Positions 29,443 through 37,782 of a DNA stretch of 64,000 nt are shown one piece after another; positions within the stretch are counted from its first letter, which is position 1, and every line of letters begins with the position of its first letter. A program made the position numbers and the translations under genes. The stretch spans positions 6,370 through 70,369 of the forward strand of contig JAZLFM010000047.1 in the NCBI GenBank assembly GCA_045615765.1, in the 5' to 3' direction. Source of the DNA: Bacteroidales bacterium (lineage in GTDB: Bacteria; Bacteroidota; Bacteroidia; Bacteroidales; UBA1715). Below the pieces are notes generated by a model. That model worked only from the letters and a program-made list of their open reading frames with translations. It did not search any database and was not told where the DNA came from.

Positions 29443-30732
29443 TTAAATAGAAAACTTCTTATCTATCTTTTTATGTGTAAATGCTGACTTACCTGAAACA
29501 TAATCAGCAACAATTTGACCATTACCTTTTAATTTCCATTTGTAGATAGTCAAACCTTCCAAACCTACAGGACCGCGAGCGTGAATTTTATTGGTACTAA
29601 TTCCGACCTCTGCACCAAGTCCATAACGGAAACCGTCGGCAAAACGTGTACTACAGTTCCAGAACACATCGGCTGAATCCACAAGGTTCATGAATTTTTC
29701 TGCAGCTTGTGCATTTTTTGTAATAATAGCCTCAGTGTGACGACTACTGTAAGTATTAATATGTTCTATTGCATCTTCCAACGAATCAACAACACGTATC
29801 GACACTTTGTAATCCAACCATTCCATTTTCCAACTTTCGGCAGGAAGACAAGAAATGATTTGCTGTGTCTTTTCACATCCGTGAATTTCGACATTACGTT
29901 CTTCCAACGATTTTGCAAGTTTCGGTAACACCTCAGTTGCGATATTTTTGTGAATCAACATTGTTTCTGTTGCATTACAAACCGACACATATTGTGTCTT
30001 GGCATCAGTCGCAACTTTCACTGCCATTTCAACATCGGCGTCTTTGTCTATATACGTATGACAAATTCCATCGGCGTGACCCATCACGGCAATATTGGAA
30101 TTGTTCATAATGTATTGCACGAACGAATTTGAACCACGAGGGATAATCAAATCGATATACTTGTCGAGTTTCAACATCTCGTTTACATTCTCACGAGTTT
30201 CAAGCAATTGTATCCAGCCAGTTGGCACGCCACAAGCCTCAGAAGCCTCGCGTATAACCTTTGCCAAAGCACGGTTTGTTTCCAACGCCTCGCGGCCACC
30301 TTTCAACAACGTAGCATTACCACTTTTCAAACAAAGAGAAGAGATTTGCACCAACGCATCTGGACGAGATTCAAAAATTACACCGATAACGCCAATAGGG
30401 CAGCTAACTTTGTACAATTCCAAACCATTATCAAGTTCTGTAGCAGAAAGAGTTTCGCCTATAGGTTCAGGCAACAAAATCAAGCTCTTGATACCAGCAA
30501 CTACATCTTTGATTTTTCCTTCGTCGAATTTCAATCGTTTTAGAAGAGGCGCTGCCAAATTTTCCTCGGCACTACGTTCCAAATCCTTCTGATTTGCCGC
30601 GATAATTTCGCTTGTATGTTCAATTAAAGCATCAGCAATACGGGCCAAAGCTTCATTTTTCTTTTCCGTTGACAAAGCGGCAAGTTCTATCGATGCTTTT
30701 TTTGCCGCAACTGCTAAATCTACTGTTTGCAT
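29443..30732 (-). CDS. proA: glutamate-5-semialdehyde dehydrogenase (gamma-glutamyl phosphate reductase)
   Basis: GVIGVIFESRPDA...LLKGG...CNATETMLIH...HTEAIIT...NCSTRFADG. Confidence 0.9.
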   Translation of the reverse strand: MQTVDLAVAAKKASIELAALSTEKKNEALARIADALIEHTSEIIAANQKDLERSAEENLAAPLLKRLKFDEGKIKDVVAGIKSLILLPEPIGETLSATELDNGLELYKVSCPIGVIGVIFESRPDALVQISSLCLKSGNATLLKGGREALETNRALAKVIREASEACGVPTGWIQLLETRENVNEMLKLDKYIDLIIPRGSNSFVQYIMNNSNIAVMGHADGICHTYIDKDADVEMAVKVATDAKTQYVSVCNATETMLIHKNIATEVLPKLAKSLEERNVEIHGCEKTQQIISCLPAESWKMEWLDYKVSIRVVDSLEDAIEHINTYSSRHTEAIITKNAQAAEKFMNLVDSADVFWNCSTRFADGFRYGLGAEVGISTNKIHARGPVGLEGLTIYKWKLKGNGQIVADYVSGKSAFTHKKIDKKFSI

Positions 30733-30892
30733 ATTGTTACATTTTACAATACAAATGTACGGATTTTATGCAAGATTAACAAAGGGAATATCAGTGTCTA
30801 AAAGATACTGATTGTTCAAGGTTTCATTCGTGAAGTTGAATTTTACTTTTTCAACAGCTATAGCAAAATCTGCAAAAACCTTCAGTATAGAC

Positions 30893-30929
30893 AACAAAAA
30901 AGTTAGGATAACAAAATTGTTACCCTAAC
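30893..30929 (-). terminator. rho-independent terminator after rpmF
   Basis: Stem gttaggataac/gttaccctaac. On the minus strand it is followed by TTTTTT. Confidence 0.65.
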
Positions 30930-30954
30930 AATAGTTTATTTCAATAAATCAGAA

Positions 30955-31146
30955 TTAAGCTTCTACAGCTTTTTCTGTGAATTTCTTACCGTTATAATAT
31001 AACTCACCTTCTACTTCGTAAGCAGTGTGTCTGCGGTGGATAGTTCCTGTTGTAGGACATTTGCTCAATGTTGGAACAACTGCATTGTCGTGAGTACGTC
31101 TCTTGTCTCTTCTTGTCTTTGAGATCTTTCGTTTAGGATGTGCCAT
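30955..31146 (-). CDS. rpmF: 50S ribosomal protein L32
   Basis: MAHPKRKISKTRRDKRRTH, 63 aa. Confidence 0.95.
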   Translation of the reverse strand: MAHPKRKISKTRRDKRRTHDNAVVPTLSKCPTTGTIHRRHTAYEVEGELYYNGKKFTEKAVEA

Positions 31147-31158
31147 CTTATTATTATT

Positions 31159-31680
31159 TTAGTTTTTAAACATATTTTTTAGTGAATCCCATCGAGGATC
31201 CGTTTTTTCTTCTTTATTTTTTTTCGACTGATTCATATATGAAATCACATCAGAATTACAGTCTTTTTCGTCCGCATGAACTTTTCTCATCGGAATGGCA
31301 AGCATTATCATCTCGTAGATTTCGGCCGTCAACACTAATTCGGCTTCATCTGGCGCAATCAATATCACATCGTCACTTTCGCTCAACTCGTCATTTTCGT
31401 CACCAACCTTCACTATGTAGTCTTGCGTCATAGATATAGGCAGCAGGAAAATGTCCAAGCATCGGTCGCAGGCTACGGAAACGGTTCCATTTATCTGCAA
31501 CGAAAGGGTGTGGAAATCATTTTGCTTTACGAAATGTACTTTTGCAGTTACATCTGCATCGTACACGCCTTCCATTTCTTGATCTTCAACGAACGCTTTG
31601 TCAACTTTCCATTCTGCATCGAACATGCTTTCCTTTAGCAACTGCAACGGAATCGTATATAAACCTTCTGCTCGATTCAT
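31159..31680 (-). CDS. YceD/DUF177 family protein
   Basis: Conserved position upstream of rpmF. CDRCL motif and an acidic C-terminus. Confidence 0.8.
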   Translation of the reverse strand: MNRAEGLYTIPLQLLKESMFDAEWKVDKAFVEDQEMEGVYDADVTAKVHFVKQNDFHTLSLQINGTVSVACDRCLDIFLLPISMTQDYIVKVGDENDELSESDDVILIAPDEAELVLTAEIYEMIMLAIPMRKVHADEKDCNSDVISYMNQSKKNKEEKTDPRWDSLKNMFKN

Positions 31681-31799
31681 CTTGTAAAATTAGCACGCAA
31701 AAATAGACATTTTTTTACATTCCACAAACATTTCACAATTTATTAACAATCAAATTTGAAATTAGTACCTTTGTAATCTAACACAACTACTTAGAAAAT

Positions 31800-32252
31800 A
31801 TGAGCCACATAAACCTAACCTATCACATAGTATGGCGTACGAAGTGCAGTGAAAAAGTCATTACAGAATCTCACGAAAAAGAACTGTTAGCATATCTTGT
31901 AGGAATATGCAAAAAGAAAAACTGCAAAGTTTATCGTATCAATTCCATGCCAGACCATATACATTTATGTATTGAAATTCCGCCTATGATATCTATTTCA
32001 ACCTTCATGAAAGTTCTAAAACAAGAAAGTTCCAAATGGTTACGAGAACACAAAGAACTGTTTCCTGAATTTCGAGGATGGGCAAATGGATATGCCATAT
32101 TTTCATATTCAAAAAAAGAACGTCAAAAAATCATTGAATATATAAGAAATCAAAAGACACACCATCAAACAAAGACATTTAGACAAGAATATATCGAATG
32201 GTTACTGGAAATGGGAGAGAATCCAAGTGAAGATTTGTTCTTTAAAGACTAA
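31800..32252 (+). CDS. REP-associated tyrosine transposase (RAYT, IS200-like Y1 HUH family), copy 2
   Basis: HUH motif DHIHLCIE and the Tyr motif EYIRNQKTHH. A dedicated REP array starts at its stop codon. Confidence 0.8.
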   Translation: MSHINLTYHIVWRTKCSEKVITESHEKELLAYLVGICKKKNCKVYRINSMPDHIHLCIEIPPMISISTFMKVLKQESSKWLREHKELFPEFRGWANGYAIFSYSKKERQKIIEYIRNQKTHHQTKTFRQEYIEWLLEMGENPSEDLFFKD

Positions 32253-32936
32253 CAATGTATTGGCCTCCAGCCAATATAGTATCCCATACACCACTATCCT
32301 GAGACTGCGTCACAGGTTACTCAAACAATGGCTTTCAGCCATTTAAAACAAGAACTAAACGCCGAAAAGACATCAGGTCCATAGCCCTAAACATAGTATG
32401 AATATAACTAAAGACTTATACTTCTTAATATAATTGAGAACATAATATTGGCTTCCAGCCAATATAGCATTCACATACCGCTATCCTGAGACTACGTCAC
32501 AGGTTACTCAAATAATGGCTTTCAGCCATTTACTTAAACAAGGAAACCATTACAGATAAGAATAAGGACACATTCAAAAAAAGCAAATATTAATTGCTTG
32601 AAAACCAACAATTTGTAACAAAGAACAGTATCTCGGGAAGGTATAAGCAACTACCCCAAACGGCTGGAAGCCATTACTAATAAGAAATAAACTCTCTATT
32701 TCAAAAACAGAAAAAGCAAACATTAATTGCCTTTCAGGCAATAATTCCGTAACCCGGGACGGAGTCTCGGGAAGGTATAACTAAACTTCCCCAATGGCTG
32801 GAAGCCATTACTAATAAAAAAATAAACACTCTATCTCAAAAACAGTAAAAGCAAGTAACAATTGCCTGAAAGGCAATAATTCCGTAACCCGGGACAAAGT
32901 CTCGGGAACACATAAACCCTCACATAAATGGCTGGA
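32249..32936. repeat. REP family-2 array: two forward units (32249-32337, 32437-32523) and three reverse units (32583-32667, 32716-32802, 32851-32936)
   Basis: Each unit carries three short hairpins: ttggcYtccagccaa / cctgagacNNNgtcacagg / aatggctttcagccatt, and their reverse-orientation counterparts. The last three units are embedded in about 134-bp tandem repeats. Confidence 0.85.
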
Positions 32937-32957
32937 AGCCATTACAAAACTCACAGG

Positions 32958-33830
32958 TTATTTTTTCAAATTCGTAAATCGCGCTATAACGCCTAATGGC
33001 AATTTCTTCTTGAAATCATCTTCCAGATATACTTCACCAAATTCCTTATCGGCTTTGTGGTTCTTGAAGATTTCTGTCACGAGATTTTCGAGTATGAAAG
33101 CTGAAAATCCTAATGAATAGGTATTTAATATAAAGAAGAACTTATTCTTGTCGAGTATCTTTTCTACGTCTTTCAGCAAGGCATTCAAGTCTCGTTCCAA
33201 CTTCCAATCTTCACCATTGGCGCCACGACCGAATGCTGGCGGATCCATAATGATTCCATTATATACATTGCCTCGCTTGGCTTCTTTTGCCACAAATTTT
33301 CGTGCATCTTCTACTATCCAACGAATATTGTCCAAGCCGGAACTTTCCATGTTTTGTTTGGTCCACGAAACCACTTGTTTAACAGAATCCAAGTGAGTCA
33401 CTTCTGCTCCGGCGGCGCGTGCCGTTACCGATGCGATTCCCGTGTAGCCGAACAAATTCAAGACTTTCAAACCTTGGTTTGCCTTACAAATAGAATAAAT
33501 GTAATCCCAGTTTACAGCTTGTTCCGGAAAAATTCCTACATGTTTGAACGAAGTAAATTTCAAATTACATGTTACGTTCAAATGGTCGTATTTGATTTTC
33601 CATGCATCAGGAATATTTGCATGTTTAATCCAGTCGCCGTTGTTGCTCGAGCGTGCCACGAAGTCTATAGTAGAACGTTTCTGCCATTCTGCTTCACTCA
33701 ACGATTTATCCCACACCGCCTGTGGTTCCGGTCTGCGAGTAACAACCGGTCCGAATTGTTCTAATTTCTCAAAATTTCCTGAATCTATCAATCGATAGTC
33801 GTTCCAATGCGTTGGGGTTAAATAAATCAT
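32958..33830 (-). CDS. class I SAM-dependent methyltransferase (RlmI/RlmK-type, Methyltrans_SAM-like)
   Basis: VLNLFGYTGIASV...THLDS...IIMDPPAFGRG. Confidence 0.7.
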   Translation of the reverse strand: MIYLTPTHWNDYRLIDSGNFEKLEQFGPVVTRRPEPQAVWDKSLSEAEWQKRSTIDFVARSSNNGDWIKHANIPDAWKIKYDHLNVTCNLKFTSFKHVGIFPEQAVNWDYIYSICKANQGLKVLNLFGYTGIASVTARAAGAEVTHLDSVKQVVSWTKQNMESSGLDNIRWIVEDARKFVAKEAKRGNVYNGIIMDPPAFGRGANGEDWKLERDLNALLKDVEKILDKNKFFFILNTYSLGFSAFILENLVTEIFKNHKADKEFGEVYLEDDFKKKLPLGVIARFTNLKK

Positions 33831-33923
33831 CGTCGTAAAGTTTGACGCAAAAGTAATGAATAATAGTTGTTTTTTACTATAAAGTAATTTGTTATATTTG
33901 CACTCATTTTAATTTGAAACGAT

Positions 33924-34286
33924 ATGGGTAAATCTGACAACAACGCTTTTACAACAAACTTAATCACCTCTGGAACTGTCATCAAAGGTGACATTACCTG
34001 TAACGGCGACATGCGTATCGACGGTGTTTTGGAGGGTAACCTTTCTGCAAAGGGGAAAATCGTTGTCGGCAAAAATGGCGATGTAAAAGGCGAAATTGAC
34101 TGCCAAAACTGCGATGTAGAAGGAAACGTGAACGGAAAACTTACCATTAAGGATTTGCTTTCGCTTCGTGCTACTGCAAAATTCTTCGGCGACATTATTG
34201 CTTCAAAACTAGCAATCGAGCCAGGAGCAATTTTTACCGGTACGTGTAAAATGACAAATGAAAAAGAAAGTGCAGAAAAAAAATAA
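33924..34286 (+). CDS. bactofilin-family polymer-forming protein
   Basis: Repeating beta-helix pattern GTVIKGDITCNGDMRIDGVLEGNLSAKGKIVVGKNGDVKGEI. Confidence 0.8.
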   Translation: MGKSDNNAFTTNLITSGTVIKGDITCNGDMRIDGVLEGNLSAKGKIVVGKNGDVKGEIDCQNCDVEGNVNGKLTIKDLLSLRATAKFFGDIIASKLAIEPGAIFTGTCKMTNEKESAEKK

Positions 34287-34482
34287 TCTCGATTCTTTCA
34301 TTAAATATTCCAACATTGGCATACAAATGCTTGCCGTAATCGCCTTGGGCGTATTCGGCGGGCTAAAACTCGACGAGTTCTTTGGAAACGAAAATCCAAT
34401 CTGCCTCGTAATCCTTTCGCTTCTTTCGGTATTCGCAGCCATTTATTTGGCCATTAAAGATTTCATAAAACTTAACAAATGA
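34258..34482 (+). CDS. AtpZ/AtpI-like small membrane protein
   Basis: 74 aa with two TM helices. KYSNIGIQMLAVIALGVFGGLKLD resembles the AtpZ family. Confidence 0.5.
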   Translation: MKKKVQKKNNLDSFIKYSNIGIQMLAVIALGVFGGLKLDEFFGNENPICLVILSLLSVFAAIYLAIKDFIKLNK

Positions 34483-34877
34483 AATTCTTTATCTCCCGCG
34501 CAGCTATACACATTTGCATATTAGCAGTTAGCACAATTGCCTGTATGGCACTCATAAAATATCTATATGGAACAAGCGACTTGTATTGGTCTCTTTTCTA
34601 TAATTCTGTATATGTTGCTATTCCTATAATCGCCACAATCAATATACTCGGTGAAATTGCCTTTAGCCTTTTTGCGAACAAAGAAGAGAAAGAAAGTATC
34701 TTCAAAATTATGGCAATACGTACAGTGAAATTCTTGACCTACCTCATCCTTGCACTCTATTTCACCATTACTGCCGCTAATTACCAAGAGAAACTCTTCT
34801 TCGGACTTCTTATAGTAGTTTTGTTTTTTATTTATGCAGGAGTGGAATTGGGGTATTTTAGAAAGAATAGCATATAA
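34479..34877 (+). CDS. hypothetical integral membrane protein
   Basis: 132 aa with four predicted TM segments. ATGA overlap with the upstream gene. Confidence 0.5.
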   Translation: MKFFISRAAIHICILAVSTIACMALIKYLYGTSDLYWSLFYNSVYVAIPIIATINILGEIAFSLFANKEEKESIFKIMAIRTVKFLTYLILALYFTITAANYQEKLFFGLLIVVLFFIYAGVELGYFRKNSI

Positions 34878-35133
34878 CTGATTTTCAACAAAATCACAGT
34901 ATCCATTGACTTTCCATAAAATTTTATGTATAATTGCAAAAAATCGTCGGGGGTGCATAAGCATTCCGGACAGTCCCCCCAAATCTGAATAAGGTTTGGG
35001 GCTGTTTTTGAGATAATGCGAATTATTTAACAAAAACACTTGACAAGTTTCTATAAAAAAGTATCTTTGCAAAAAGGGATGGGGCGAAAGTTCCGTACCG
35101 CCAAAACTCAATCTTTTCAGGTTGAGTTTTTTT

Positions 35134-35616
35134 TTAGAATTCATACATCTCAATCTCTTTTCCTGTAATGAAATAATACCCGTGAAACTTCTTCCGTTTT
35201 AACTCATTTATTTTTCCTACAAATTTGTCGTTCCAATCATCAAATTGAAAAACTATAATTTTTGCATTTTGTTTTTTTATTGCCTCAGATGCATATTTTA
35301 TAATATTTCCAAAGCCCATAGTTCTTTTTAAATCAGCTGGTATTCCATTTAAATGAATATCGTATGTCCCATCTTTCTTTTCATCGGAAAGATGCTCGAC
35401 CCTAAAACCATGTTGTTTTAGCACAAGACACATAGTATGTTCTTTCTGATACTTCTCAATTTCTTGTGAATTTTTCTTGAAACGCAATCGCCTCCTCTGG
35501 GTAACCAAATACCCTCCATTTGAGAAATTAAAACCATACTTTTTCCAGAAAAGAGCACAATAGCAACAATAAATTTGGAATGAATACAATTTGTATCCAA
35601 AGTTTCTTTTTCTCAT
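35134..35616 (-). CDS. hypothetical protein with a possible PD-(D/E)xK nuclease-like core
   Basis: KEHTMCLVLKQHGFRVEHL...DGTYDIHLNGIPADLKRT follows the E...D-x(n)-D/E-x-K spacing seen in small restriction-endonuclease-fold toxins. The start is chosen at MRKRNF. Weak assignment. Confidence 0.3.
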   Translation of the reverse strand: MRKRNFGYKLYSFQIYCCYCALFWKKYGFNFSNGGYLVTQRRRLRFKKNSQEIEKYQKEHTMCLVLKQHGFRVEHLSDEKKDGTYDIHLNGIPADLKRTMGFGNIIKYASEAIKKQNAKIIVFQFDDWNDKFVGKINELKRKKFHGYYFITGKEIEMYEF

Positions 35617-35705
35617 GTTTTGCAATATTACGGCAAAACAAATATATAGAAATTCTGATATTGTTCCAACACGTACAATCCACAATACTATATCCCTTAT
35701 AAAAT

Positions 35706-35735
35706 AAAAATGCCCACTCTTATGAAGTGGGCATT
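35706..35735. repeat. hairpin aatgcccact-N7-agtgggcatt (variant of the 37211/43273 hairpin)
   Basis: It has the same 10-bp stem as the two identical 30-nt copies, but a different loop (cttatga versus ttgcaag). Confidence 0.7.
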
Positions 35736-35861
35736 AAATAAATCAAAACTAACAAAAAACTTATAATACACTTTAAAGTGTAAAAAAATAAAATAATATT
35801 TTGTTCTTTCATACAAAAGGTGTATTATTGCATCTCCACAAACACAAAAGCCATAATAACA

Positions 35862-36209
35862 ATGAAAGAGATCACGATAGATGATGTCAAGAAATTCTTG
35901 AATAGTATGAATGTCAAAATTGATATATACGGGATGGTCTTTGCTGAACGCCAACGATGTCAAGAAACCATGCGAATGCTTGGTATTAACGAGGTTGTTG
36001 CAAAAAGTATCATAAAGACTTTGGATGCAACAGATTTCTCAAAGTATTTTGACGACACCACACAATGGGGAAGCGACCTTTGGGCATTTGGCAAGGACAT
36101 AAACGGAGAAGAGATCTATATCAAAATCGGTTTAGGCTTGCCTAACAGGCAGACAGTTTGCGTTTCATTTCATAAAGCAGATTTTCCTATTCAATATCCA
36201 TTCAAATGA
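35862..36209 (+). CDS. MqsR-like type II toxin
   Basis: About 115 aa. LDATDFSKY...WGSDLWAF...EIYIKIGL...VCVSFH parallels the MqsR pattern (DFYK...DVY...VYLKI...VSFK). ATGA overlap with the downstream antitoxin-like gene. Confidence 0.6.
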   Translation: MKEITIDDVKKFLNSMNVKIDIYGMVFAERQRCQETMRMLGINEVVAKSIIKTLDATDFSKYFDDTTQWGSDLWAFGKDINGEEIYIKIGLGLPNRQTVCVSFHKADFPIQYPFK

Positions 36210-37183
36210 AAGAAGTTATTTTGAGTCCATTCAGAAATTGTGAGGCACACTTAAAGAGAGTGCCGGACACAATGGAATTCCGTGGTAAAACCTATCACTT
36301 CTTGAACCATTACTATGTGTGTGACGAGAGTGGTGAAGAGTTTACGGATGAGGCCACGGGCGAAATTAATTTTGCCCAAGTCTATAATCAATATCGCGAA
36401 GAAAATAATATTCCTTTTGTTAGCGAGATTATTAACCTTCGTGAGGTTTGTCAGTTATCAAAGGCGGATATGGGAAGACTATTGGGTTTCGGTGAAAATC
36501 AGTATTACCGTTATGAACTAGGCGAAATTCCTTCTCTTTCTAATGGTAAATTAATGCGTACGTTTATAGACAACCGAGAGGTCCTTATGTGTGCCATTAA
36601 TGATAGTAACATCAAAGATAGCAACAAAAAGAAAGCCTTGTTATCATTACAGAAACAAGCAGAAAAAGAAAGCAAGGATAAGGCGATTTTCAATCTTTTG
36701 TTCCCTACAAAACGTAGCATCTATAACGGATATGCTATTACAAATGTTAACAAGATTAGACAAATGATTCTATATTTCCTTGAACACATGAATGTAGGTT
36801 ACAAAACTGCATTGAACAAACTGCTGTTCTATGCAGATTTCTTGATGTACAAGGAACATTGTGTCGGTATTAGTGGATTAACTTATAGCGCACTCCCATA
36901 TGGCAATGTTCCAAACAATTTTAAGGTTCTTTATGGAATCTTTGATGAAGTTGAAGAGATTGACGACGAGAAACCGTATTTCAAGGCGCTTGTTGCATGT
37001 GATTTGAGCGTATTCAATGAAAATGAGATACAAGTACTTGAATCTGTGGCAGAGAAAATGGCGAAGCAAGCGAGTGCCACATTATCTGATACGAACCATA
37101 CCGAAGATGCCTGGCTGAAATATAAGCATGACACAAAGCTATTGGTTCCATTTAGCGAAGCTTTCTCACTAAAAGCCTTGTAA
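36206..37183 (+). CDS. MqsA-type (degenerate zinc-ribbon + XRE HTH) antitoxin fused to a C-terminal Panacea (DUF4065/SocA-like) domain
   Basis: The N-terminus has the MqsA-like beta-ribbon (EFRGKTYHF...YYVCDESGEEF). The HTH is LREVCQLSKADMGRLLGFGENQYYRYELGE. The C-terminal NKLLFYADFLMYKEHCVGISGLTYSALPYGNVP is the Panacea signature. Confidence 0.6.
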   Translation: MKEVILSPFRNCEAHLKRVPDTMEFRGKTYHFLNHYYVCDESGEEFTDEATGEINFAQVYNQYREENNIPFVSEIINLREVCQLSKADMGRLLGFGENQYYRYELGEIPSLSNGKLMRTFIDNREVLMCAINDSNIKDSNKKKALLSLQKQAEKESKDKAIFNLLFPTKRSIYNGYAITNVNKIRQMILYFLEHMNVGYKTALNKLLFYADFLMYKEHCVGISGLTYSALPYGNVPNNFKVLYGIFDEVEEIDDEKPYFKALVACDLSVFNENEIQVLESVAEKMAKQASATLSDTNHTEDAWLKYKHDTKLLVPFSEAFSLKAL

Positions 37184-37210
37184 AAGAGCCAACAATATCC
37201 TTTATAAAAC

Positions 37211-37240
37211 AAAAATGCCCACTTTGCAAGAGTGGGCATT
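37211..37240. repeat. 30-nt hairpin aaaaatgcccactttgcaagagtgggcatt (terminator-like), copy 1
   Basis: Identical to 43273-43302. With flanks, 37 nt match with 1 mismatch. It lies 28 nt after the stop of the antitoxin gene. Confidence 0.85.
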
Positions 37241-37267
37241 AAGTATAATGTTTTTCACATCTTACAA

Positions 37268-37470
37268 TTACATTTCCCCATAAACCTCTTCCATTGCATC
37301 AAGCATATTCTTCAGCAGGAAGTTGTTTGCCACACGTTCGTGGGCTGCTTGGGCGTATTGTTTGCGAAGGTTATCATCCATTACGAGGCGATCCACTGCT
37401 GCCGCATAATTTTCGTCTTGGTTCGCATCTTGGGGCACTTCCAAGCCGGTCTCCCCATGTAGGTTGACCC
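37268..37470 (-). pseudogene. remnant of the C-terminus of a GT1-family (GT4-like) glycosyltransferase
   Basis: GETGLEVPQDANQDENYAAAVDRLVMDDNLRKQYAQAAHERVANNFLLKNMLDAMEEVY is the typical last 65 aa of GT1 enzymes. No catalytic N-terminal part is present. Confidence 0.6.
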
Positions 37471-37782
37471 AGTTGACACCACATTTTAATCGTATATATA
37501 TTTGGTTAAGTGAAAAAAAATCATTCCTTTCCATAAAGAAGTTTAGTCCTTTTCAATTGAACGGGACTATTTCTTTTTAGCTTCACTTGCATAATATTTT
37601 GTTCTTGTATCATCTATCTCATGTTCGCTAGGTATAAAACTCCAATGTCGTGCAACACATTTCTCCGTCTCACCTACAAGGTTGAAGGTATTAAAGATGG
37701 CATCAACCTGCACATCGAACATATTGCCTGTAGAAAAACGTATCATAAAATATAAATTCCTTGCAAAAAAATTTTGATTTAA

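Noticed and set aside
30095-30592. 165-aa and 111-aa plus-strand ORFs
   Set aside because: They are antisense inside proA.
32249-32936. Possible CRISPR array
   Set aside because: The units are 85-135 nt, occur in both orientations, contain multiple hairpins and have no uniform spacers. They are REP/BIME-type repeats next to a RAYT, and there are no cas genes.
34930-35138. Two short promoter-to-terminator units that could be sRNAs (about 34945-35015 and 35076-35135)
   Set aside because: The TAnnTTTG-like boxes and hairpins are present. However, the second hairpin is symmetric and sits exactly at the stop of the minus-strand gene at 35134, so it is most simply that gene's terminator. No known RNA family was recognised.
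34563-35153. 196-aa minus-strand ORF
   Set aside because: It is antisense to the membrane-protein gene and runs across an intergenic region containing promoter-like and terminator-like elements. It has no coding texture.
37567-37746. 59-aa minus-strand ORF just downstream of ietS, with a faint macro-domain-like start (GNMFDVQVDAIFNTFNLVG)
   Set aside because: It is far too short for a macro domain and the resemblance covers only about 20 residues. It could be a remnant, but that cannot be supported from sequence alone.
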